64,000 nucleotides of DNA from Octopus sinensis (lineage: Eukaryota), in assembly GCF_006345805.1 (NCBI RefSeq), contig NC_043005.1:53258001-53322000 (forward strand). Direction: 5' to 3'. The notes under the pieces are model-generated. The model was given only the letters and a program-made list of their open reading frames with translations. It was not told where the DNA came from and did no database searches. This document shows, in pieces, positions 1 through 11,859 of this stretch (position 1 is its first letter; each line of letters starts with the position of its first letter). The position numbers were made by a program, and so were the translations under genes.

Positions 1-465
1 AATGTACAATTCTGTTCGCTTTTCTCTTGACAATTGGTTCGTATTTGTTTACTTCTTTGGAAACAAGAATGTTTAATTTGCTGGTGGCTTATAGCTATTT
101 CTATTAGTTCTCTATTGCAAGTTGCATAACTGTCCTTATCGAGGTGTATTTCCAGATAAGTATATTCTTTCTATGACTTTTGGCGGCAAATGGTGCATGG
201 AGTTAGAAGTTTTCATTTTTTTATATTTTTGTGTGGTCTTCATAATTTTCAATCTAGTTATTATAACTCTAACGTATTGCTCAGAGGAGTAGGAAATTCT
301 TGTCTAGTTCCGTTTTTTTTTTGCATTAGATGTATTTTAAGTATTATTATTATTAGGTGTGTATAATACCCCTCTCAAACTTTATTTTGATCTGCGTGTG
401 TTATGCATTGTGCAGTTAGTTTATTGATTCTTAACTATTTCTAAGTAACTGTTGGACCTAATTGT

Positions 466-738
466 AGATACCCTTCCCCCACCCCTAACCCTAACCCTAA
501 ATCTAACTAACCCTAACCCTAAAACATATTGAAATGCAGTAGATCGATACTAGGGTTATAATTATGAGTGACAATTTCATACGACACCGCTACGGAAAAT
601 GGGATTGTTTTCTAGCGGTGTCAAATAAAAATGTCACCCATAATTATAACCCTAGTATCGATCTATTGCATTTCAATCTGTTTTAGGGTTAGGGTTAGTT
701 AGGGTTAGGGTTAGATTAGGGGTGTGGGAAGGGTATCT
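466..738. repeat. ~130-bp-arm inverted repeat containing interstitial telomeric hexamers (CCCTAA/TTAGGG)
   Basis: Left arm agatacccttcc...gacaccgcta (466-592) is the near-exact reverse complement of tagcggtgtc...ggaagggtatct (613-738); both arms contain several (TAACCC)/(GGGTTA) units. Confidence 0.9.
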
Positions 739-1018
739 TTTTTTCTTCGCAAATGTAAATAAACCCAATCTGTTTCTTAAAGGAGGGACATATTCATACA
801 GCACGGAATGTTGTTTACCTAAATGGACGTATTTGATTGGTTAAAATTGCCGAAATGCTCGAAATTAAAGTCGAAATATGTTACAACATATAGAATTTTC
901 TCAATAAAGCCCAGAAAAAATGATGTTTTATAAACACATTCTACCAGTATACGAAGTTTAAAAGTGTTTAGTTAACTAGAAATTGTGTTGAAAACTGCCG
1001 TTCAAAAGGAAAAGATCC
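602..1018. mobile_element. Non-autonomous DNA-transposon-like repeat (MITE) ending ...aactgccgttcaaa..gaaaagatcc
   Basis: Ends ggat...ttttctagcgg (602) and ...aaaactgccgttcaaaaggaaaagatcc (1018); resembles an abundant octopus repeat by recall. The left terminus appears internally deleted. Confidence 0.45.
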
Positions 1019-1189
1019 GAGTAGAAATAGTAAAGGAGAAGAGTGCGCATCATAATTAATAAGTTAAACTTACTTGGAAAAGGATGCGTGGCGTTCGATC
1101 ATATAATAATATAAATAATATGTAAATATATGCATATATACATACATATACGTACATACCTACATACATATGTATATATACATGCATAT

Positions 1190-1392
1190 ATGGGTAAAGG
1201 ACATCAAATAAACGTGGAACACAATGAGAAACGAAAACATAAAGACAAAAACATAGAAACGAACTTTTTTTCAAACAACGAAAAAAAACAGAGTACAAGA
1301 CATACAACACAAGGAATATTCCCCTTCTTCAGTTGTATCGGTTTCATCTAGTCCGCGTTACGAAGGTAAGGACAAGACGCGATTTCGTTGAA
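1190..1392 (-). mobile_element. Probable Penelope-like terminal repeat (pLTR) relic
   Basis: Non-coding segment bounded by (TA)n, with a CTGAAGA motif on the minus strand; assignment by recall of similar repeats only. Confidence 0.3.
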
Positions 1393-1566
1393 AAAATATA
1401 TATTTATATATATATCATTATATATAAATAAAATTTTATACACAACCGAAAGTTATATAACGAATAAACAGAGCCTGAAAGATTGCTTGAAGATACAAGC
1501 CGTATTTTATAAATGCGCATGTTCAAGTAACATAAAAACATGAAATTTTGTTGATTCTATCTCTAC

Positions 1567-1613
<47 letters not shown>

Positions 1614-1696
1614 ATATATATATATTGTATATAAATAAACATACATTCATTATGCACATACATCTGCACATCTTTATACATATGCGAGTAAACATT

Positions 1697-1905
1697 TACG
1701 AGGTGGCATCAAAATAGCTATGATTGATAAAAAAAATTACTTATTTACCTTTGGTTTAGCATCATCCCTTCCGAAAGAGTCTCCTTGCCAAGCAATACAC
1801 CGGTCCCAGCCACTTTTGAAATCCGGCCTGGAAACTGTTTCCGTAAGCGAGTGGAGGACCTTCTGCACTTCACTCTGGATCTTGACAACGGTGTTATAAC
1901 GGGAC
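1697..1905 (-). mobile_element. Mariner transposon 3' end (transposase C-terminus plus TIR)
   Basis: Minus-strand translation YNTVVKIQSEVQKVLHSLTE...WDRCIAWQGDSF matches the mariner C-terminal motif (W.RCI...GDYFEG); TIR-like tacgaggtggcatcaaaa at 1697. Confidence 0.75.
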
Positions 1906-2160
1906 TGAACCCGGAACTATTTTGTTAGGAAGCAAGCTTCTTACGACACATCCACACCTGTTCCTATATAGTGCATGTCTCTATATAAATGTATATATAT
2001 TCATATATTTATAGTTAACCTGAGGAAGTCAAATCCTCATCAGGGATTATGTAATTCAAGGTATTCCACTGGCTTAATCCGTACCATATAATGGAAAAGT
2101 CATTAAATCAATAACTACATCCTTTTAACCTCCATTTTCTTCATGTTCTTCACTAAACAC

Positions 2161-2197
<37 letters not shown>

Positions 2198-2234
2198 TAT
2201 ACATATATACAGAGGCACAGACGTTCATATTTTC

Positions 2235-2379
2235 GAAGTTTGCTTCCCAGCCACGTGACTCCGCGTCCACTCTCACTGCGTGGAACTTTGGGCATGTATC
2301 TTCTACCATGGCCTCGGGCCGACTAAAGCCTTGTGAGAGGATTTGGTGGACGGAAACTGAAAGGAGCCCGTCGTATATG

Positions 2380-2411
<32 letters not shown>

Positions 2412-2647
2412 ATATATATGTATGGGTGGTGGAGTTTATGTTTATGTTTGTCCTCCACCACCGATGACAACCGCTGTTGGTCTGTTTACATCCTGTAATT
2501 TAGCAATTCAGGAGAAAGGACTTTTAGAATAAGTACCAGGATTTAGATTTTCCAAGAAAAGGGGTGAATTCGTTCGACCACAGTTCTTCAAGGCAGTGCT
2601 CCAGCATGGTCGCAGTCTGACGACCGAAACGACTGATACATAAAAGA
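2235..2647 (+). mobile_element. tRNA-derived SINE, family A (degenerate)
   Basis: Colinear with the better copy at 19527-19933 (ttgggca..tcttcta..gcctcgggccgac.aaagccttgtgag; internal (TA)n; ctccagcatgg.cgcagtc). Confidence 0.8.
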
Positions 2648-2653
2648 CAAACG

Positions 2654-2685
<32 letters not shown>

Positions 2686-2707
2686 TATATGTATGTATAT
2701 ATATACA

Positions 2708-2798
<91 letters not shown>

Positions 2799-3439
2799 TA
2801 TATATATAACCTATATTTTATATATATATATATATATATACATACACGTACGTCTATATATGTTGGTAACATAAACGTGTATGTTAGAATATACATACAT
2901 ATACACATCTAGCTTTCTATATCTTTGTATCTATATTTATGTGTCAGTGTCTGTGTACGTATGTTTCTAATTCTTGTTTATTTCTTTGCATGAAATTATA
3001 CGTAAAAGTATTCATTATATGTACATACGAATGTGTGATTGTATGTACACAAAACTACACACATTACAGTGTAAGTCAATTGGCGTTTTATCTGTTATTA
3101 TTTCCTTTTTTATATGTTATTTTATTATTCAAATTCTTATTCTTCGAGCATCGATATCCTCATAGCAATAATAGAAATACTTATCGGCATTATCATTTTT
3201 ATTGTGATTTTAGAAATAATGTTCATCTCCGTCATAGCCGCAAGGATATGAACATAAATACACAAGAATTAAGGTCGCATAACAGCGACAACACCCTCAG
3301 GCGCCTATATATATGTAAACAAATTTAAGTCCCAAAATTTCACGTATATGTGTCGAATAGAAATTCGTAGTTTACACACCTAGACACTCCTGTTTGTACA
3401 CATATATGCATACATACACACACACACACACACAAACAC

Positions 3440-3630
3440 ATAAATATAGCTCAAATTTACAGAGAACAAAAGACGAAGACAGGTGTAGGAAAAACAAGCA
3501 GGTGTATTAATTTAACGCTGGGGAAGAATGGAAAATTCTTTTACGTTTCGAGACTACGCTCTTCAACAGAAAGGATTAAGAGGGAGAAAAGTGGAGAGAG
3601 AAAATATTGTGTAGAGATTAACGGTTTAAG
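3440..3630 (-). mobile_element. Penelope-like pLTR relic with degenerate minimal hammerhead
   Basis: Minus strand CTTT-CTGTTGA-A-GAG(cgtagt)CTC-GAAAC-GTA-AAAG at 3538-3573. Confidence 0.45.
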
Positions 3631-3641
3631 GCATGTATATT

Positions 3642-3692
<51 letters not shown>

Positions 3693-3820
3693 GTACATAC
3701 AGGCACACGACACATATATGTAAATATGTATGTAGCGTATGTTTATGCGTATATATATATATATACTTGGAAAAGGATGCGTGGCGTTCAATCCTATAAT
3801 GATATATATATAATATATAT

Positions 3821-6800
3821 GGGTAGCGAACTTCTTCACTACTTCAGGGAGTGACGACCCTGCCTGACACGAGTTCCGGGCTCAGCTGGCTCCGGCTGAC
3901 AGTACCCGGTATGGGCCCCTATCCAGGGTTACGGAAAGGAGACAACCTTCAAAGAAATCCGGAGTGGAGCCCCGAAGGCGGCTTAGTGTTCGACTCGACA
4001 CTCTTCCGGCAGCTCCTGCAACCAAGCTGGTGCCAAACGTAATGCTCTGCACTCCTTTGGACTACATTAGCAAGGTCGAGAGAGGAAACCTGACGATTGG
4101 GCCATCCAGGACTTTCTTATCTCTAGCCCAGGCCAGCGCAAAATTGGAGAGGACACATCAGTGCTGCTGTAAAAAGCTGCAGAAACAACACGGGAGGTAA
4201 CAGTCACGAGTGATAAGTCAATTCAGATTGGCGTAAAATATGGGCGCTACGGGTTATCTCTGACGATGGGTGGGACCTCCGTGTCCTATTGGTTAGCTAC
4301 TGCCCACCTCAAGCTGGGCAGCCCCCAGTTAATAAGGTGCTGACCCGCTACAGTCCGCCTGCTTCACTGGGTGCTTGGAGCTAAGAGTATGACTTGAAAA
4401 GTGGCCTGCAACCTCTGCACCAGGCAAACAACTAAAAGACAAGAAACCACCAGTCCTGCGGTTGGCAAGCTGGAATGTCAGGACCATGTGCTCTGGAATA
4501 TCTGATGATCTACTCAGGGTTGAAGACACAAGGAAAACGGCCATCATTGACCGTGAACTAAAGAGGCTTAACATAGACATTGCTGGGCTACAGGAGACAA
4601 GACTTCCCTCAAACGGCAAACTCAAAGAACAGGATTTCACCTTCTCTTGGCAGGGAAGCGATCCAGAAGAACCTCGTCAGCATGGCGTTGGCTTTGCAGT
4701 GAGAAAATCATTACTCTCCTCAATAGAACCACCATCAGGAGGCACTGAGCGTATCCTCTCACTGCACCTCTCGACTTCTTCTGGCTCAGTACATCTACTC
4801 AGCATCTATGCTCCCACTCTCTACAGCTCAGAGGAGACCAAGGACCAGTTCTACAAAGATCTCAACTGTATCATAAAAGATATACCAACAACTGAAAATA
4901 TCTACCTTCTTGGGGATTTTAACGCTCGCGTAGGATCTGACCATGATTCGTGGCCCATTTGTGTTGGACACTTTGGTGTTGGCAACATGAATGACAATGG
5001 TCAGAGACTACTCGAATTCTGCACATACCATAACCTGTGCATCACAAACACATTCTTTACCAACAAGCCATCCCACAAGGCATCTTGGAAACATCCAAGA
5101 TCTCACCACTGGCATCAGCTGGATCTCATCATTACACGGAAATCCTTTCTGAATTCTATTCTATTGACCCGCAGTTACCACAGCGCGGATTGTGACACAG
5201 ACCACTCACTAATTAGAAGTAGGGTGAGGATTCTGTCTAAAAAAGTCCATCGCTCCAAGAAAGTGGGCCGACCACGCATTAACACTGCCAGAACATCGGA
5301 CCCTACACTGCGAAAATGTTTTGCTGCTTCTATCAAGGTTGCCCTCAGTAGCTGCCCAACCTCCTCTGATGAAGGTAGGTTGAATTATATAAGGGAAGCT
5401 TTGCATACGACATCAATAGATACTTTCGGCATGAGAGAAAGGCAAAACCCAGATTGGTTCAATGCTGGGCTCTCAGAGCTGGAGCCAGTTATCGAAGCAA
5501 AGCGTGCAGCTCTGATGCAATACAAGAGTGATTCTTCTACAAAGTCACTCGAAGAACTCAGAAAGGCAAGAAATAAAACCCAACTGACAGCCAGACGCTG
5601 TGCAAATAGGTATTGGCAGGAAATCTGTCAGAGTATCCAGTCAGCTTCTGACGGGGGCGACACCCGTGGGATGTATGCCGGTTTGAAGAAGGCCCTCGAT
5701 CCATCCGCAACCAAGTCAGCCCCTCTAAAATCAACTACTGGAGATCTCATCAGGGATCAAAGCAAGCAAATGGATAAATGGGTGGAGCACTACCAGGATC
5801 TCTACTCACGGGAGACCACAGTGGATGAAGCTGCAATCGAGAGTGTCAAGATCTTGCCAGTCATGTGCGAACTTGACAGTCCGCCATCTATAGCAGAGCT
5901 CACCAAGGCTATTAACTCCCTAGCAAGGAACAAGGCTCCGGGAAAAGACGGCATCCCCTCAGAGATCATCAAAGCCGGCAAAACCACCATCCTGCTTCGG
6001 CACCTTCATGAGCTTCTGTGTCAGTGCTGGGAAGAGGGTACAGTCCCTCAGGATATGCGCGATGCTAAAATCATTACGCTTTACAAAAACAAAGGTGACC
6101 GTGGTGATTGTAACAATTACCGTGGAATATCTCTTCTAAGCACTGTTGGAAAGACCTTTGCTCGCGTTATCCTGGCCAGGCTACAACTACTTGCTTCTCG
6201 AATCTATCCGGAATCGCAGAGTGGCTTTAGAAGAAGCAGATCAACTATTGATATGATATTCTCCATACGCCAACTTCAGGAGAAGTCCAGAGAGCAGAAA
6301 ATGCCATTATATATGGCCTTCATTGATCTAACAAAAGCCTTTGATTCGGTAAGCAGAAAAGGCCTCTTCATCCTGCTCCAAAAAATCGGATGTCCACCAA
6401 AGCTGCTGAGGATCATCAAGTCTTTCCATGATGATATGCAAGGCACCATACGGCACAATGGTTCAACATCAGCCGCCTTCCAAATAAAAAACGGGGTAAA
6501 GCAAGGTTGTGTCCTCGCTTCTACATTATTTGGCATCTTCTCGCTCTTACTCTCACATGCCTTTCAAACATCAGATGATGGAGTGTTTCTGCACAGTAGA
6601 AGTGACGGGAAACTTCAATTTCTCGCGCCTGCGTGCCAAGACCAAAATCAAAAACGTCCTGATCAAGGAGATGCTATTTGCTGAAGATAACGCTCTGGTA
6701 TCACACACAGAAGAAGCCCTACAAAGGCTACATCGGACATCCCAAACATACATATTGGAGACCACAGATTACAAGAGGTGGAGAAGTTTACCTATCTTGG

Positions 6801-7612
6801 CTCTACCGTCACCTACAACCTATCCGTTGACGCTGAGCTCAATATACGCATTGGCAAGGCAGCTGCTGCGATGGCCCAACTCTCCAAATGGGCATGGGAC
6901 AACAATAAGCTGACGAAGACCACGAAAATGAAGATCTACCAGTGATGTGTACTTAGCACTCTACTGTATAGAAGTGAGACTTGGACGCTATACACACGCC
7001 AAGAGCGTCGCCTAAACATCTTTCACCTGCGCTGCCTCCGGAAAATCCTCCGCATCAAATGGCAGAATCATATCCCCAATAAAGATGACCTCAAGCAAGC
7101 AGGAATACCAAGCATGATTGCACTCCTCACACAAAGACGTATGAGATGGCTTGGGCATGTTAGCCGTATGAATGATGGCAGAATCTCTAAGGACATACTC
7201 TACGGAGAGCTTGCTAGGGGTACTAGGTCTGTGGGTAGACCGTTCTTACGTTACAAGGATGTTTGCAAAAAGGACATGAAGGCCTGCAACATCAATATTA
7301 GCGGTTGGGAAGCAGTTGCCGGCAACCGTGGAGATTGGCAACGTGCCGTAAAAGAGGGAATACAAAGAAGTGACAGAGAGAGAGAGGAGAAATGGAAAGA
7401 CAAGAAAAGACGTCAACAAGAAACTATGGCATTACAATCAGCCAGGAACAGTCTTCGCTACATTTGCGGTACCTGTCAGAGGGAGTGTTTGTCCAGGATA
7501 GGACTACACAGCCACAGCAGGAAATGTATCAGGACATGAAATGTAAAAGCCGGACTAGACTATTTTATGCGCAACTCCATTGTCTCCCGAGACAAAAAGG
7601 ATGCCAACAACA

Positions 7613-7613
<1 letters not shown>
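3821..7613 (+). mobile_element. Full-length RTE-clade non-LTR retrotransposon (APE + RT), frameshifted
   Basis: GC-richer ~600-bp 5' UTR; ORF 4462-6684 with APE motifs (ASWNVRTM, GLQETR, GDFNARVG, SDHS-like TDHS) and RT motifs (YRGISLLS, FIDLTKAFDSV, GVKQGCVLA). Continues in shifted frames (LFAEDNA; WLGHVSRM; C-terminal CGTC..HSH..C zinc finger, ending at 7539). 3' end ccattgtctcccgagac..ggatgcc(aac)n; flanked by (TA)n. Confidence 0.95.
4462..7539 (+). pseudogene. RTE ORF (endonuclease-reverse transcriptase), disrupted by frameshifts/deletion around 6540-6950
   Basis: ORF-track pieces 4462..6684, 6509..6913 and 7114..7539 tile one RTE polyprotein. Confidence 0.9.
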
Positions 7614-7680
<67 letters not shown>

Positions 7681-7999
7681 ATATTATATATATATATACG
7701 TATATGTACATACTTACGTCTAAACTTATACACATATGCATATGTATATACGTATAGATATAAGTATGTACATATACATATGTATATATGCATATATATA
7801 AAGATATATAATTTATTATTTATATATATATATTATTTATATATACTCTTTTACTCTTTTACTTGTTTCAGCCATCCGGCTGAGGCCATATATTCGCCAA
7901 ATATATATATATATATATATATTGTTTATATTATATATAAATAAATAAATAAATAAATAAATATATATATTATATATATATAATATATATATATATATT

Positions 8000-8340
8000 G
8001 GTAAAAACGGTAAGATAACAAAAGAAAGAAAGAGACCTCAATATTATGTAAATAGAGGAAATTTATCTATAAAATAATATGTTACAATTACTCAATAGTC
8101 AAGATAAAACTCTGAGTTTCAGATGCCGAAGTGGAAATCCACAGCACCATCTCTTCGGTTATCTGGCTATCAGAAAAAACGCTATGAAAAAATACCGTTA
8201 TATAAAGGGAAATTACTGTGTTATAATTCTGCTACTTATATAAAATAAGATTAAAATTTCATTGTAAAACACGTAAACATGGCTAGTCATACGCTCACAT
8301 GTTCGCTCGCGGACCCACGTGCGTACTTATACCTCACTAT
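8000..8340 (-). mobile_element. Penelope-like pLTR relic carrying a hammerhead-like motif
   Basis: Hammerhead-like fold at 8102-8164 (see findings); bounded by (TA)n. Confidence 0.5.
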
Positions 8341-8614
8341 GAAAACGTACACCTCTTCACTCGCATTTTTCGCCAAATATATACGCATATATATACAAAC
8401 TCATACACAAACACATGCGTACTGTAAAAGTTCATACATACGTCTATATACGCACAAGCACAAGAAAAACCATGGTTAAAGGTAACAGAAAAAAACATAA
8501 GGAAGTATACAAAGCATAAAAACCACAAATTCACACACAGCTGTCTTAAAAGAATTGAGAACACACTAAATATATGCATGCAACGCGCTTCCACATAGTT
8601 TCCTCCTACAGCAT

Positions 8615-8700
8615 TGATTAGCCTGAGGTTATGGAAGAAAACACTTGCTCAAGGTGCTGCGCAGTGGGATTGAGCCTGAAACTACGTCGTTGCAAAGTAA
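8615..8700 (-). mobile_element. SINE family A, 5' fragment
   Basis: Reverse complement of ...cccactgcg..gcaccttg.gcaagtgt.ttct..catagcc. Confidence 0.65.
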
Positions 8701-8807
8701 ACAAAACGTAACATATAAATACTATTCTATACTCTCATACATCCCTTCTTGCTCCCCACCTTACTACCGTTATTATTGACATAGTAGCAATCATTATCAT
8801 CATCATA

Positions 8808-8885
<78 letters not shown>

Positions 8886-9260
8886 GGATGGATATATTGA
8901 TGAATATAGACTATATATAAAATAGTAAAATTGTAAAAATTGCATATAATAAAACGTGAAAACCAGATGTACTTGGAATTTCATTGGCAAATAGATTCTA
9001 TACACAGTCATGCAAACTGGGATCTCTCTTTCTATTTATATATATATACATATATATCTGTGTGTGTGTGCGTGTGTGTGTGTGTGTGTTCATATCTTGA
9101 TTTTTTAGAAATTACGTGTAAACATGTAATCCATTTTTGGGCAATATTTACTCAATTAGATTATATCACGATGGTCAAACGGTATAGTAAGAGAACATTT
9201 TCATAGTCCATGACTTGCTAGAAACATAAGAATTAGCTCCCTTACACAAAACTACAATAT

Positions 9261-9657
9261 TCTTTTCTGCTCTAGGCACAAGGCCTAAAATTTTGGGGGA
9301 GGTAGCCAGTCGATTAGATCAACTCCAGTACGCAACTGGTACTTAATTCATCAACCCCTAAAGGATGAAAGTCAAAGTCAACCTGGGCGCAATTTGAACT
9401 CAGAACGTAGCGGCACACGAAATACCTATTTCTTTACTACACACAAGGGGCTAAACACAGAGAGGACAAACAAGGACAGACAAACGGATTAAGTCGATTA
9501 TATCAACCCCAGTGCGTAACTGATACTTAATTTATCGACCCCGAAAGGATGAAAGGCAAAGTCGACCTCGGCGGAATTTGAACTCAGAACGTAACGGCAG
9601 ACGAAATACAGCTACGCATTTCTCCCGGCGTGCTAACGATTCTGCCAGCTCGCCGCC
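9261..9657 (-). mobile_element. tRNA-derived SINE, family B, two internal ~195-bp units
   Basis: Head ggcggcgagctggcagaatcgttagcacgcc; B-box-like gagttcaaattcc present twice; colinear with 45341-45735. Confidence 0.9.
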
Positions 9658-9993
9658 TTATACAATCAAGTATGTTAAAATTTTAAAGCCCAATACTGTG
9701 GCCTATTTTTGTGATAGCAGATGATGGTAACAATCATTGTTAGTGCCACCTCTAAATTATATAGAAAATCTGTAGAGATAATTTATAAGTACTTCCTTCA
9801 GTTTCAAGTATTCTGAAATGTGATATAGGCGTTGCTCCTCCCCTTCTAAACAAATTATTAAAAATTTAAAAGGCATTGATGTGTAGTAATAAGTTTCCTT
9901 CCAAGTCTCATGCCTCCGGGTTCAGGCCTACTGCATGGTACTATATGTTTACTATAGTCGCGGGCAAACAAAAAATTTGGGAGTAAATTTGTT

Positions 9994-10033
<40 letters not shown>

Positions 10034-10492
10034 ATATATATATAAAATCCTTCAATCTCATTGCTCCTACCCCTCTCTCCTCCTTCTACGTGACTGGTGT
10101 CCAGCCAGCCATGATCTTCCTTCGTTGGTCTGACTGCCGACCGCCAACACCTCTTATGTCCTTCTCCTATGTTCCTGCCTTAACGCTTTCAGTTTAAACA
10201 CGCCAGCTCAATTTGATTCGTCCCCAGTCGAAAGCCACCTGTTATATTCTTGTTGTTTGTATTTGTTATTGTGTACCATGCTTTCCGTTTCTTGTCTTTG
10301 TTGCCATACACATTCACTAGCTTTCTTTAAAAAAAATCTAATGCACTTAGCTTAGACTTTTCGTGGGGCAACAGATCGAACAGTCTCATAATATGATACT
10401 TGAACTTGTCTGTTCAAGTATCATATTATGAAACTATTAATAGCTCTTTCAATTGTGTATTTAAATTGATATAAATAAATAAATAAATATAT

Positions 10493-10574
<82 letters not shown>

Positions 10575-11142
10575 GTACGTATGTATGTGTGCGTGTATAG
10601 ATATATATACGTGATGTACATGGGCGTAGAAATATAGAAAATATGTTTTTACACGTTCCTTATTGCACTAATTAAATTGCACTTGCTTGCTTTTAATTGC
10701 TTTTCTTGTCATAAAGTTTTGTTTTGTTGATAGAGACGAATTCAAATTCATGCTTGAATTGTTGTTCATCATTATTTTAATACTTTTCTTGTCAATATTC
10801 TAGCTTATATACCAGCTCGATACTGCCCTCGTTTCTGCAATCCACAGTCTCTAGCGATAACTACGTTTTACATCTTTCTTGTAATAGCTCCTAAAATCCT
10901 ATAATTACATTCTTCAGCATCAAACATCTAAGCACTGCTCTGACAGTCTTTTTAATAGATAGCTCAAATTTTGATAAGATTGACAGAAATATAGCCTGAC
11001 AATTATTGTTATGCAACGTTACAAATACTTACGAAAAAATTAGTTCAAACACCTACAATAAAACGAGCCTTAGTTATTCAATTAAACACAGAGGCCGTTC
11101 AAAACAATGTCATCTTATTACAATTTGATGTCCCTTTCATCT

Positions 11143-11245
11143 TTTACTTGTGTCAGTCATTGAACTGCGTCCATGCTGGAGTACAGTCTTGAAGGGTTTA
11201 GTCGATCAAAATGACTCCGATACTTACTTCTTTTTAAGTCTTGTA
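11143..11245 (-). mobile_element. SINE family A, 3' fragment
   Basis: Matches the tail (ctccagcatgg..gcag...atgactga.acaagtaaaag) of the 19527 copy. Confidence 0.65.
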
Positions 11246-11366
11246 ATTATTAGGTGCTAGCAATTCAAACTGAGTTACCCCTTTGCAATCCCACCAGATA
11301 GAGAGAAGAACCTTCTTCCCGTGAAGTTCCCTTCTCGGTTGTGGTTGAGCTTTTTCTCCTTTTACC
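11246..11366 (-). mobile_element. Mariner transposase internal fragment
   Basis: [35 protein letters not shown] matches the conserved mariner (H.KK.ML.VWWD.KG...ELL) segment. Confidence 0.85.
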
Positions 11367-11508
11367 ATGTATGCATCTATGTATGTATGTATGTATGTAT
11401 GTATGTATGTATGTATGTATGTATGTATGTATATATACATATATATATTATATATATAAACACATACATCTATATATGTAAACACATACACACAGTCACA
11501 CACATATG

Positions 11509-11543
<35 letters not shown>

Positions 11544-11859
11544 GCATACCTCATCCTACGTCATTAATTAGTTGTCTCTAGGCTAGGATTGTGTGTACGT
11601 GCGTATGTATATATATATATACATATACACACAAACACACACACACACCACACACACACACATATATATATATATATAATATATATATTATATATATATA
11701 TATACATACGCATGTATACACATACAAAAGAATCAGTTATTAGTAGACACATATTTCATGCATTAGGAAGAGTGGATTCCTGCAGCAGTTCGTATTTTAC
11801 TTGCATAGAAATATACACATACATATAAACATACGATATGTTTACATTTGCGGGTTTGA

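Noticed and set aside
1-420. Possible Penelope linker/endonuclease relic on the minus strand (RISYSSEQYVRVII.., CTICRQK)
   Set aside because: Resemblance is limited to a few residues in stop-riddled frames; not supportable without an HMM search.
481-722. True telomere or chromosome-fusion site
   Set aside because: Only a few hexamers, embedded within the arms of a transposon-like inverted repeat.
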